DNA of 63,963 nucleotides, filler included, from Conidiobolus incongruus B7586 (Eukaryota): NCBI GenBank assembly GCA_000697335.1. It is 10 parts of 10 records of this genome, joined end to end, with 100 filler letters (N's around TTAATTAATTAA, not from the genome) between each part and the next. Parts side by side here need not be neighbours in the genome. Positions count along the whole stretch, not along the records: positions 34,862 to 40,994 come from JNEM01007013.1; positions 41,095 to 45,773 come from JNEM01007015.1; positions 45,874 to 50,828 come from JNEM01007016.1; positions 50,929 to 55,706 come from JNEM01007019.1; 6 more parts are not named here. One strand, 5' to 3'. Shown piece by piece: positions 40,621 to 53,800 of this stretch (position 1 is its first letter; each line of letters starts with the position of its first letter). The notes under the pieces were generated by a model. It saw only the letters and a program-made list of their open reading frames with translations, ran no database searches and was not told where the DNA came from. The position numbers and the translations under genes were made by a program.

Positions 40621-42005
40621 TTATAATTCAATTTTATTTTTTTAAATTTTGTATAAATTTTTTATAAAAAAATGATATTAAAATTTTTTAATATAATATA
40701 CATGATTATTATTATTACTATTATTAAGTTTGATATTGATTAAAATTTAAAATTTTAAAATAATAATTATAATTATCTTATAGTTAAGCCTTAAGGTAAA
40801 TTATAATTTTGATAATATTCAATAATATTTTTAACTATGAATTAATCATTAATTTAGTATTGAATATTAAATATTAAAAAAATTAATAATTGTTAAAATC
40901 TTGTAATGTATATATATATTAAGTAGAATTAAATTACAAAAAACATCAATAAAATCTTGTTTAATTTATTATTAATTTAATTATATATTTTTTTNNNNNN
41001 NNNNNNNNNNNNNNNNNNNNNNNNNNNNNNNNNNNNNNTTAATTAATTAANNNNNNNNNNNNNNNNNNNNNNNNNNNNNNNNNNNNNNNNNNNNTAAGTT
41101 AAATAAAAATTTATTAAGTTTTAAGGAAAAATATAAATGATTTGTATTTTATAACTTATTTTTGTAAATTAATATATATATATATTATCAAAAAGATATA
41201 AATAAGTTATATATATATATATTTTTAAGTTAATAACTAATAATATTATTATTTATCATAGGTAAAAGTTAATTGTTTCAATCAATAATTAATTAAATAA
41301 AATTAAACATAATTTATTATAATTAAATATTATTTTTTAAATATATAGTCTAGTTTAAATGAATTTAAATAAGACTTGGATAAGTTATAAATAAAATTAT
41401 TAGTAATTTTAATTTTAAAATCATTTTTTGTTTTTGTAATACTATGGGTTAATCATATTATCATTATTATAACACTATCAGTTATATTTTCTTGTTCTAT
41501 TTAATTCTTATCTACTCTATCTTATTTTATTTTTAATCATTATAAATTTTATATATAAAAGTGAAAACCTTGTCAAATAAAAGAAAGCATTATTCAGTTA
41601 ATCTTACAAATAATAAAGCCTCCTTTACTTTATATACTGCTAAACTAATTTAGTAGTTAGGATCAGTTATACTTTCGCGAGTTAATATATATCATTATTT
41701 ATAAATAAATTAATATTTTATATTCATTATATATATATATATATATATATTTTAACCAATAATTTTCTTAAAAGTTCAATTATTAAATAATTTATTATTT
41801 TTTAATCTTTAGATATTTTATTTTCTTTTAGATATTACTATATATTAATATCCAATTTGAAAAAGTTAAAGTTAAATTTAAATATATTTATGAAAGATAT
41901 TCTAATATAATTTACCATTAATAAATATTTAAACAAACAGTATCATGGTAATAAAGTTGTATCCAATATTGATTAAAATAATAAATAAAACATAACTTAT
42001 GCTAA

Positions 42006-42340
42006 TGTCAAGAGCCAGGAGCCTCCTCTCTTACTTAATATACTTATTTCAACAAAATATAAGGGTCATTCCTCCCTCACATTATTAGCCCCTTCAGCTC
42101 TATCCTTTAATTGGCTAGTGATACAAGCCACCAGAAAACCCCTTGAATCCCTTTACTCTATTCACTATATATAAAACCCAGAATTAGAACTTTCTTGTGA
42201 ATAACGAGCTCGATCTGGGTCCTGCCAGCTATCTGCCTTACACCAATAAACTCCTTCTCTCTCTATCAGTTACCTGGTATTCTCCAGATCTCTCTCTTTT
42301 ATTCGAACTACTCAGAGCACAGCTTTCCCAAGAAGTGTTA
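42006..42340 (+). mobile_element. solo LTR, family B copy 2
   Basis: 335 bp; TGTCA...GTGTTA; internal TATATAAAA (~42168) followed by AATAAA (~42245); flanked by CTAA on both sides. Confidence 0.82.
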
Positions 42341-42878
42341 CTAATTTTTTAGATCATATTATATAATTTCTGAAATGGAATAATAAATCAAGTTGATGCT
42401 CAAAATTGGTTGAAGTTTGATAAATATTCTATTTAAAATAAATTAAAAGTTTTTTGATGAATTTAGGTACTAAGCACTTTAGTTTTACTAATCACCATAC
42501 CAATATTATAAGATTTTTATAATTTAAATGGTATATTATTTATAAATAACTATAATTTTTAATATTATAGTTTTTTAAGTCAATTTAATATAAAACAATT
42601 ATATTATAAACATAAATTATATCGAAATATTAAAAATTAGAAAATATATTGACTAATATTAATGTATTGTTTATAGAAAAAATCTTGAAATAAATACTAT
42701 ATATCAATCGAATGTATAAAACATTATGATAACCTTTAATTTTAATATGTAAAGCAAAACCTAGCTAAATATATTTCTTTAATTTTCAATCTACTCATAA
42801 AATTTAATAAGTATTTAGGGAATAAAATAGAGTTTAATGAATAGTTGAGTGATTGATATATTCATAACATAGTATTTA

Positions 42879-43911
42879 TTAAATCTTCTTCAAAACAATC
42901 CATTCTAATATACATGTTAAATCAAAGTACTCTTTGTCTTGAAAGCAATAATCTTCTAATTCCTGGTAAATTTCAATTTTTGATGCTTCATCTTTAAATT
43001 CATCTGGGTATCTTTCTAGTCCAGTTAAAATTTGATTTCTTGTAACAGAATTGAAAGATGCACGATCGAATTTACTTTCATCTTTCATAGTTTCAGAACG
43101 AATCAGTTGAAACTTAAATTCAAACTTTTTCAACATACGGTTTACAAGATCTTGAGGTCGGTTATATACAGGAACTACTACCTTATTGAAATCTCGATAA
43201 TCTAAACCACGTTGATCAAATACCTTAATCCAGCTATCATTAACCCAATCAGGGTAATTGGAGTAAGTAATAATATTGAAACTTAATAAACCTCCTGTTT
43301 TCAGTTCTTCAAATCTCAATTCCAGCCATTTAGCTAGGTAATTATCAGACATATTATTAAACCACTCGGTGAGTTCTTTATCTTTGAATTGAGATGCGTA
43401 CACAAGACCATAATCACCAAAACGATATTCAGGCATCCAATGTAATGAAGCATAACAAAATCCAATATCAACAGAATTAGGTTCAACAATAGGATGGTAG
43501 TAAGATTTTCCAATATACTCTGTATTCACTTTAATATTGTTTGATTTTATTACATCATGACTCAAGTAACCAATATTTGGATCTTTGACGCAATTTTTAA
43601 CAGCTTCAAAATCATTATCAGGCAAATCTTCGTGATAGACCCTGATTATTTTAAGATTTTCAATATAATCTTTTCTCTTTTGAATTTCATCCAGTAGCTG
43701 CCTCATAACATACATTGAGTTTCTTCCATGACTACAAGCAAAATCTGCTATGCATATGGCCCCATCATGTGGAGGAAGTAAAGGAACTATAAGAGAGTTA
43801 TTTCTTTGGTTATAAATACTTTTAAAGTTAAGTACCTGCTAATTGGATATTTTTGTACCCATCCATAATCCATTGAAGTTGGACGTTGGAAGCTTGATTA
43901 TAATTCACCAT
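42879..43911 (-). CDS. SAM-dependent carboxyl methyltransferase, SABATH/Methyltransf_7-like; exons 43911-43836, 43786-42879
   Basis: 49-nt GT..AG intron (43835-43787) restores a 327-aa ORF with YNQASNVQ, IADFACSHGRNS, VYHEDLPDNDF, GKSYY, SVDIGFCYASLHW and RFEELKTGGLL, matching SABATH motifs. Confidence 0.88.
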
Positions 43912-44612
43912 AGATTTACTTGCTAATCAATAAGTTAACGATCTGTGTGATAGAATAATATGATTGTAATACCGCTCTCTTTTTGATTCATTGGTTTAAC
44001 GCTCATCGCGATACTTTGAATATTTAATAGTATTAAAATGTACTATTCGATCAAATTGAACAAAAGAGAAATTTATATTCGATTACCCCAATTTCTCTCC
44101 AGTTGAATTTTTGTTAATCAAAATTTTAATCATTTTGGTTTAATTTTTGCATATTTAATTTATTTCAAAATTTTGAAAATTATAAAAATAAACTTTAAAA
44201 GTATTTTTAAATTAATGACAATACTATAAAAATATATATTTGAATTATACATCTTAAGGACATAAACTTATTTTTTTCAATTTAAATATAGTTTTGACAT
44301 TTTATAGAGGTATATGATTGATTAGTTCCGAATTAGACATAGAAGCATAAGAATTCTTTTGATAAGATCTACAAGATTACCTGCCATACTTATTAAAGTC
44401 TTTTCTTAATTAAGGACTATGCATATTTTCACCCATATCAGCTACTTTCCATTTTCAATATTATAATATATATTTTCATACTATAATGCTAACCAAGAAT
44501 TAGATTTTTTCAATAGAAACAAACAATACAAAAGATTCAATAAAACTCTAATAACCTATATTAAAAATTTTTTGAAAATAGAATCCAATCTTAGTAATAC
44601 TTTACATATTCC

Positions 44613-45049
44613 TGACAACTGTAAACGTGGGAGGAAGTAGTCTTTTAGAGCAAAAACGGGGAATCGCCAGTGGTAAATGATAGATTACCACAAAGTTAAG
44701 GGAAATTAAGGGGGTTAACCAAATTAGGTGAAAATAGCTTATTGCAAATCAAGTTTTTTGAATAAAGTAAATATCTTATATTTGTCATAACTCAATACTT
44801 TTGTGAATGTTACAAAAAAACTTAGAGACTGGATACTTTTGAAAATGAAGATAAAAAGGATATGTTTATTAATTGGCTTGTGATAATCTTATATTAATTT
44901 TAATTATTGAGTTTAGATGGCTATAAATAACTTCAGACAGAAAATAATAAGTTGAATTAATTTAATAAATAAGGTACTTCCAATGTGACTTCTTGCATTA
45001 GTGCAATAGTCAGAGTTTCTTGAGTGATAAACAAGATTATTCCCTATCA
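44613..45049 (+). mobile_element. solo LTR-like repeat, family A copy 2 (C>T/G>A eroded)
   Basis: TGACA...TATCA ends with TTCC on both flanks; homologous to 17092-17461 and 60127-60561. Confidence 0.78.
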
Positions 45050-46308
45050 TTCCTTATAATTAATAATTTCATAATATATTTAAGCTTGGTTTTTTAAAAT
45101 TTAATTCTTTAATTTAAAAATTATTTAAAAAATATTTCTAATATTATATTTTAAAATTTAGTCAAAAACTTTAATACTATGTTGGTATCTAAATTATATA
45201 TCTTATTCAAAAATACCTTGTTTAATTATATACAAAAGTAGAATAAAAATTCTATTATCAAAGTAAATTAATAACCTTTATTTAAAAGAAATATTATATA
45301 ATGATTAGTTTCAAATTATAATATTTTTATTAAATTAAGTAAATTCAAGTTTTGTATATACGTCTCTTTAAAATAAAATGAATAAATAATTAAATAGGAT
45401 TTTTACCTATATATAATAAAATTAATTAATATTTTATAATTTCAATATATTTGGTAACTAATAAATCAAATTAATTTTAAATAATTTTATTAATCAATTA
45501 TTCATTTTTATTTGATTATTAATTCAGAAAAAATGCCTAATATTTAATTTTAATTCCTTAAATATAATATTCAATTTTAAAATTAATTTTATTTAGAATT
45601 TATAAAAGAATTTATACTTTAGAACTATATATATTATGAATAATTATTATTTAATTAAAAATATAAAATTAAAATTAATTATATTTATATTAAATGATAA
45701 TAATCAAGAGTCTCTTATTTTACTCTTATTAAACCTTAATTATATATCCTTTAAAATAATTTAATTTATTATTNNNNNNNNNNNNNNNNNNNNNNNNNNN
45801 NNNNNNNNNNNNNNNNNTTAATTAATTAANNNNNNNNNNNNNNNNNNNNNNNNNNNNNNNNNNNNNNNNNNNNAATTAATAATTATTATAATTAAATAAT
45901 TTTAAATCAAAAAAAGGAATAAAATATAATGAATTAATAATCAATATATTTTATTAATAATATAAATAAACTAAATTAATTCAAAATATTTATATATTAA
46001 AAGAGAAAATCAAATTATTTTTTATAAAGTAATATAGATTTTAATCTTTTGACTAATAGTAAGATAAATGAATTATAATAAATATAACATTGGTTATAAT
46101 ATTGATTTCTCAAAGTTATTAATATAATTTATTTTTTATAGTAAATATTCTTTTCCCTTAAATTTATTCAAAATTTATAATATTATAAAAATCAATATAT
46201 TAAATTAATAATTTAAAATAATTTTTTGGAATATGTAATTTAACTTTATAATAAATAAAATAAATGAAATAATAATATTCAAATTAATCTATTATTATTT
46301 AATATCTA

Positions 46309-47606
46309 TTATTTTGTAATTTAAATAATGGGAATTTTTCCAATTAAATAAAATAAATATTTTAATATATAAAAAGTAAAAATAAATATATAAATAAAAT
46401 ATTAATATTTTCCTTTATTTCTAATAACTTTTTGCTATATTTTTAGCAAAGATCTAATACCTAAAATACATTTCTTTTTATTAAACACCTAAATTTGATA
46501 TTTTACAAACTAATTAAATTATTTCTTAGAAATTTTCTTTTTTGTAAACTGGTTTTTTAATTATCTAAAACAGTGATAATTAAATAGGTTATAATCTAAA
46601 GAATATATTAGATTTGGTAGTTTTTTTTCAGTTATTTTTAATTAAAAAATCTATTATTATTTTAAATTATTGTATTTTATAATTATTATATAAAATAATA
46701 GGTTTTCTCAAATTATATTGAGAATACTATTTAAAAATAATTTTATCTAAAAAAAATATAAAGTTTACTATTAATTAATTTAAATTTAAAAACTAATTAA
46801 AAATAACATATGCTATTATAATCTATTATAACAATTAATATTCATTTATCAACAAAATATTTATTTAAAAGAATTTATAAAGGGGGTTAATTTAACTTAA
46901 TCTAATATTTTGATTTATGTTTTAGTAAAAGATTATACAAAAGAATCTATGATTCATTAATTATAATAATTCATTATAAAAGCTTTAGTTTCTAGTTATA
47001 GCTTAATAAGTTTTGTTTAACAATAACTACTTTAACTTTTTTTAAGCTTTAGTTAAATTATAAGGTAGCTATTTTATATTTTTATTAATTAATTTTAATT
47101 TAAACTTTATATAAAGTACTTATGTAATTAATATTAAAATGTATTGATAATTCTTTAACTAAAATAAAAAGGTTTTTTTAATATATTTTTTCACTTTAAT
47201 AATAATTAAAAGAATAATAGTTAAAATTAATCTTTTAGATTTTAACAAATTTTGGGTAGTTTTTCTCTTTAAAGTAATTTACATAGCAATAAATTATTAA
47301 TTTAAATAATTCTTTATTATTAAAAGTATCTTGTAAATTTTAAATGATTTTAAAGGGTTTATATTTAAGTTTTATTGATACCAAAATAAAAAGCTTTTGA
47401 TACTTATTATTTAATTTAAATATAATTAAATTAAACAACTAATTTTAAAAATTAGTTTATTTAATCAAAATAATTACTATATATATATATAATTCAAAAC
47501 TATTTATTTTCCTTTTTGTTTTGTATATATTTTTTTATTTGAAACTAATAATATGTTTGAAAAATCAGAAATTAAAAAATTTCCCATCTCTTCAATTCCA
47601 TGGTAA
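46309..47606 (-). mobile_element. full-length (about 1.3 kb) mariner relic, transposase destroyed
   Basis: TA-flanked TIRs (TTATTTTGTAATTTAAATAATGGGAATTTTT / AAAAATTTCCCATCTCTTCAATTCCATGGTAA); inverted colinear match to 61668-62839. Confidence 0.9.
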
Positions 47607-47629
47607 TAATAATTTATAAATAAAAAGTT

Positions 47630-48440
47630 ATGCCATACATAATCAAGTCCTCTAATCAACATCTTGTTGTTATAAAAAGATTAATTTGAACTTAATTTAT
47701 TCAAATAGGTAGATGGTCATCTTTCTCAAGTTTGAATGTACAATTTTGATAAAATTAATAAAGTTATATTTGTCCAAATACTTATTGATTAGAGATGGAT
47801 TGCTCAGTATAACCGATTAATTTGATGATTTTGGACTTGTTTTTTTAAATACTTTAACTAAGATTTTTCTAAAGTAATTGGGATAAAAATTGAATAAAAT
47901 GGAATCATTTTTATATTCAAAGATTTAGTTTTGTTGCATAGGTTCAACTTAGACGAAGTTCCTGTCAATTAATCAAGCAAAGAAATCGAAAAATGCATAA
48001 AAACTGACATCAATTATGACACCCTTATCTCTACTGAAGTCTATGAACTTATTGCGCTAAAAACCATCCAGAGTGCTATGGTCAGGAGGATTAAATGAAA
48101 GAGTTTGGATTGAAAACGAATTATTATTTTTTTTAAAATGGAATAGTCTATGATCTTGAAAGCTTCAAATTTATGAAAATTAATAATAAAAATTTTATAT
48201 ACTCAGAAGAAAATAAATATGTACCTGAATAAAGACGAGGAATTACCTCAAATATGTTTGGCTATCTTTACATCAAGTATATACGATCATTTGATGATTT
48301 TGATTTTAACAAATCTAAAAGGAGTTTATGCTATGAATGGTGATCAAAAATTCTTAAAATTTGATTCTATTGGTAATAATTCAAGTACTAAAATAGTTCA
48401 AAATATTCAAGTCACCTAGTATCACTTAGAATGATCGATA
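47630..48440 (+). pseudogene. pseudogene paralog of the 49381-50250 gene
   Basis: Fragments VDGHLSQ, RDGLLSITD*FDD, FKFMKINNKI, TNLKGVY..KFLK..IVQNI match VDGHYSQ, KDGVLTTVRKFDD, FQFKKINNVI, TNRKGMY..KYLK..LVDNI in order; stops and frameshifts present. Ends approximate. Confidence 0.78.
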
Positions 48441-49380
48441 AATATATTATTCCTAGTCAATAATGTTCGTAATATTGAACAAAAACTTTAACATTATTAA
48501 TAACTAATTGCCTTTTGAATGAATTTAACTCATCTAAACGAACACATTTAGAATATTTTACATATAAAAAATATATAATAATAATGTCGATTTATTATTA
48601 ACATTTTCTCAACTCATATTTATTGTTTAATAATTAAATAGAAATTGTAAATAACACTTATTGATAAAAAAATATTAAATATACTTTAGTTGAATATATC
48701 AACTATATAATACTATATCTTTTGTATAAGAATATATAATTATAGATGTAATTTTTGAATAAAAAGGTAATATAAACCATGTTAAATTGAACTTTCAAAA
48801 ATTAAATACATTTATAGTTTGAATTCAATTCAAATATATTTAAAATTACTCTATAATAATATTATTACTGGCCTATATTTTAATTTAATTCTCAGTTTTT
48901 TCCAAAATAATTGGTAAAATTTAGATATTTGAAAACTTTAATTGAAAATTGATCAAACTCGAAGTTAATAATATTGAATCAAAATCAAGTGTAACTTTTA
49001 AAATTTTATATTATATACATTAAAACTAAAATACAGGTTTTTTATTTCATAAAATTTCAATCTTGAAAATTTATATTATTAATCAATCCTACACAGTCAC
49101 TGTAATTCTCAAAATTAATTAATAATTTTTTCAAGAAAATATTAGTAATATGAATTTAAGTTTTAATATAATATTCAATTGAGTTTCATTGAAAAATTTA
49201 TTTATTAAATATATTAATCATTAATATTTACCTTTGTAATAAAATTTGAGTGCTTTTGATTGGATATTGATTCATGTTTATATATCCACTAATGAGAATC
49301 TTTAGGAGAAAATAATGTTATAAATACTTTGTTAGTTGATACTATCGTTATCATATCAATATTTATTTGAAAATAACAAA

Positions 49381-50250
49381 ATGTTTGATTTTGAGAGTGA
49401 GGATATCCTATATTTATTAATACCTGGAACCTATAAAGCAGTTCAAATTCAAAATCATAGACTAACAATTGTTGATGGTCACTATTCTCAGGGTGCAAAA
49501 TTTAATTGTATATCAATTAACGATTTGTGTTTTGTGAAGTGTGAGGATCACTATGTTGGAATGAAAGATGGCGTTTTAACAACTGTTAGAAAGTTTGATG
49601 ATATTCAATCTCTGGTCATATTAGATTCAGACGATGGCATATTTTTCAAATTGAAGTATTTGGATGGTTACTTGGATGAAAACTTTTTAAGTTGTACAGC
49701 TGATAAAGCGATTCAGTTTCAGTGGATGTGGGACAATTTCGTCCAAGATTCTAGCCTTGAGGGTTTGGATATGCTTGTACCAACTAAAATTCAAGAAAAA
49801 ACGTATATTTCTGCTGAAGGAATACCACTTGTTGAAAGTAATCAGTTGTTTTACATGCTTGTTAATGGAAGCTTACATGAGCATGCAATAAATTCTGATG
49901 TAATAGAAGAATCTTTAATGTTCTCTTATCAAGAATCCTCTAATATCAAATTTCAATTTAAGAAAATCAATAATGTAATATATATTCATTCGACGGAACA
50001 TGGGTATTTGGGAAATAAGCGCTATGGACATTCAGATAATTGGGAGACAGTTGGATTTTTTGAAGATATACCAGACAAGCCTGTTACTCTCTATCCAACA
50101 AATAGAAAAGGAATGTATAAACTTATTTGCAATGCAAAATATTTGAAAGTCACAGTTTTGAATGCACTCTCTTGTATTGATTTAGTCGATAATATCATTG
50201 AAAGTGATGATTTTGAATTTGCTTTAATTGATGAATCTTGGCAATTTTAA
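49381..50250 (+). CDS. hypothetical protein, probable two tandem beta-trefoil (fascin-like) domains
   Basis: 289-aa ORF from ATG 49381. Two beta-rich halves with recurring F/Y-x-L/I-K...(G)YL and xF.F motifs; no signal peptide. Fold is inferred; coding status is supported by the neighbouring dead paralog. Confidence 0.75.
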   Translation: MFDFESEDILYLLIPGTYKAVQIQNHRLTIVDGHYSQGAKFNCISINDLCFVKCEDHYVGMKDGVLTTVRKFDDIQSLVILDSDDGIFFKLKYLDGYLDENFLSCTADKAIQFQWMWDNFVQDSSLEGLDMLVPTKIQEKTYISAEGIPLVESNQLFYMLVNGSLHEHAINSDVIEESLMFSYQESSNIKFQFKKINNVIYIHSTEHGYLGNKRYGHSDNWETVGFFEDIPDKPVTLYPTNRKGMYKLICNAKYLKVTVLNALSCIDLVDNIIESDDFEFALIDESWQF

Positions 50251-50426
50251 TACTAAACATTAAAGAGTCAATATTATTAATTTTTTTCATGATGATCAAT
50301 TTTAATAAATCCTTTAGTCATATGAATAATTTCAAATTTAATATTTAAATAAATAATTTATCCATTAACTAAACAGAATTCTAATTATTTATGATTTTTG
50401 GATCTAGTATTCAAGATTAATAATTA

Positions 50427-50828
50427 TTACCTTGAATTTAAAATAATAGGAAATTTTTTAATTTCTGATTTTTCAAATATATTATTAGTTTGAAATAAAT
50501 AAATATATATAAAGTTAATAGGAAATTATATATTTTTAATATATATATATATTAGTTTTTTTGATTAAAAAATTAACTTTTTAAAATTGGTTGTTTAATT
50601 TAATCATGCTTAAACCAAATAGTAATCATCAAAAGTTTTTTATTTTGGTATTAGTAAAACTTAACCATAAACCCTCTAAAATTATTTAAAATTATTGCTT
50701 TTTTAAATAAAAGTATTTCTAATTGGTATTCTCAATATAATTTGAGAAGACCTATTATTTTGCATGATAATTACAAAATACATAAATCTAAAGCTGTAAA
50801 AAACTTACAAGCAGCTTTTGGTAATGAA
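50427..50828 (+). mobile_element. mariner 5' end with out-of-order internal segment, truncated by gap
   Basis: TA + TIR TTACCTTGAATTTAAAATAATAGGAAATTTTT; ATG CTT AAA CCA at 50606; a ~110-nt block from the catalytic region sits inside the N-terminal region. Confidence 0.88.
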
Positions 50829-53800
50829 NNNNNNNNNNNNNNNNNNNNNNNNNNNNNNNNNNNNNNNNNNNNTTAATTAATTAANNNNNNNNNNNNNNNN
50901 NNNNNNNNNNNNNNNNNNNNNNNNNNNNATCCAAATAAAATTTTTATATTAATATATGATAAAAATCTTATTTTTAATTATTTTTTCAATATGGATATAA
51001 TTTTATTTTAAAATATTTTCTAATATCCAAAAATTAATATAATTTTAAGAAATAATATTATTAAGTATATATTAACCAAAATAACTTAAAATATTATTAT
51101 TTTTTGTTAATTTTTATAATTTTTTTAATTTTTTTCAATTTTGAGAATTGAAATTTTAAGGTTTTTTTAATTTATTATCTAATAAAATTTCTCAACATAA
51201 TTAATAAAATATTAACATTATAATCCTATAAATTAATATAATACATACTCTTTCATAATTAGTTTTAGTTATTAAAAGTATTTTTCATAAAAATTAACTA
51301 TTAATATTTGAATTGGCTTAGTTTTAATTAAAAAAATAATTTGATTTTAAAATCTGAAAATAAACAAAAAGTCGATTTTTATATATTACTAATAAATTTA
51401 TCAATAATCAAATTCAGAATTATTAATATAAAGAATTAATATATACTATATAAACTATATTTTTATTTGCTTTATTAACATAATATAGAAGACCCTTTTT
51501 TATATATTAGAGATTTCAAACTCTTTGGTTAGGATAAATATATTGTAATATATTGAATTTAAAGTTTAATAGATAATACTTTAATAGAAAACTGCAAATA
51601 ATTTAAATATTCAATTTTAAAATATTTGATCTTATTATAAATTAAAGGGTACAATTGCAGGGTAACTTCAATAATTTATATTGCCTGCCTAAGTGATCTA
51701 ATCAAATATTCTATGTTAGAAATACAACATGGGTTATAAAAAAAATTATTAGTTTCAATTTTGGTTTAATTGATTAGGTGAATGAAGATATATTAAAAAA
51801 CATTCGTAAACGATGTTTGATCAAATTTGTCATTAGTTGAATTTTTGTCAATATTCTCAAATTATAAAAATATAAAATTTCTTCAAAATATATAGATATT
51901 CAATTTAGATATTAATTAATCTTACTCTATGTTTTAGGATTGTCCTTAAATTCAATCAAATTCTCAATGTAATACAATAATGTTTGAAAAATGGCTTGAG
52001 CCCTCATTAACGCCTTGATAACATATTGAATAAATCATTTAAGAAAATACACTTCAGTCAGCAAAGAATAATCAATTTGAGAATAGTTTTAATATTTTTA
52101 TTTAAATTATTTGATAGTTGCTGTAAATTATTCCAAAATTATATTGTTAAACCTATTAAAAATTGCTTTAAATACTTTGAATTATCGCATTTTTGAAGAC
52201 TTCAAGATATATACTGAATTTGTAATCATTGATTTAAATGTTTTCATATCAGTGAATTAATGTCTATGGTAATTATCAAACGATTAATCATTGAAATTTA
52301 AGTTAATTAAGAAATTGATCCATAATATCAACATCATATCTTAACTATGCATATTCAAGAGTATTTTATATTTTAATAATATGAATAGTGTTAAATATTC
52401 GAAATTTCAAAACAATTCAAGAACAAGATTCATTATTGCCACATGTAAAGATTGAGTATTTTCAATAGAATATTCCAAAAAATTTGATATATTCCTCTGA
52501 GCTCATCCTGATAAATCTTTATTTGTCAGAATATAAAAATCTGTGTTTTAATTGTTGTATTTATAGTAATTTTTTTATTTAATACGATATATAAAATTCT
52601 TTGTATTCAAAACAAGCTGATATTCTCATCGCAACAGAAAAAGTGCTATAAATAAAACTTGTTTGTACATTTACAAATTTCATTAAATCTTTCAAGTTAT
52701 GAATTAACATCCTGTTATATATGCATGTATTTATTATCTGTGACTTGAGGATGCATATTTCAATATCAAAAATTGTAGTTATCATAAATTTATCAAAATT
52801 AAAATTTTTGCCAATATTTCGAGTTTATACATATATTAGTAAATCAATCATTATAACTCAAGATTATATCATTGGATAATGTTCAATGATTAATTGAAAT
52901 GAAATTTCAAAAATATATATGAGTAATTAGGATTAAAGAAATAAAAATTGAAAATATACTATTCACAATTATTCAGATAATTGAAATTTTTCATTCTAGC
53001 AAACATCAATTAAATGATAAAATTCAAAAAATAACAATTTTTTAAACAGTTAATCATTCTAACAGTTTTAGTAATTTGTATCATTTTTACAAATAATTAG
53101 GTAATAATTATGCAATTATGAAAATATTATTGTGAACATGATTAATTATTAATTGGTTAAAAATGTCAATTAGTTAATAGATGTTGGCAAAACATTTTGA
53201 TCAAATTTTGATTTGATCCATACATATTTATTTAATACAATAATTTAGCATGCTTCATTTTGAAAGCTGTACCAGTTGAAATAAATCCGGTAATATCATA
53301 GATATTTTATTGGTAGTTTTATATTCATATTTAATTCAAACATAATCCCATCAATCCGCAAATTCATAATTATATATTTAGAATTCAGTTTACAATTTTT
53401 CTCAAAAGTGGTTTCTCTTTCACTAATTTTATAATAAAACATTGAAAAACTTTATGTGAATTAATGACTTGAATTTGAGGATAAAATTTGAAATTATTTT
53501 GTCGATTCTATTATTATTAAGAATACTCTAACTTATCATTGTTCGATAATAAAGTATATGTTATAAAGGAGTATACACTTGATCCAAATTGATTCAATAG
53601 TATAAAAATTTATATATAATCACCATAAAAACTTCAGTCATTTTCAAATTAAAAATAATATTATTAGAACAATGAATCACTTTTGGAAGGATTACATTTA
53701 TTTATTAGTAATAAATGCCAAAATTTTCAGAAAGGAGAAAGAATATTTTAGAGTCTTATTTAATAATTATGAATTTTTAATACATAATCTATCAGTTATC

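Noticed and set aside
51900..52800. Possible decayed fungal transcription-factor gene on the minus strand (..YSIENTQSLHVAIMNL..)
   Set aside because: Only a vague resemblance; no continuous alignment can be made by eye.
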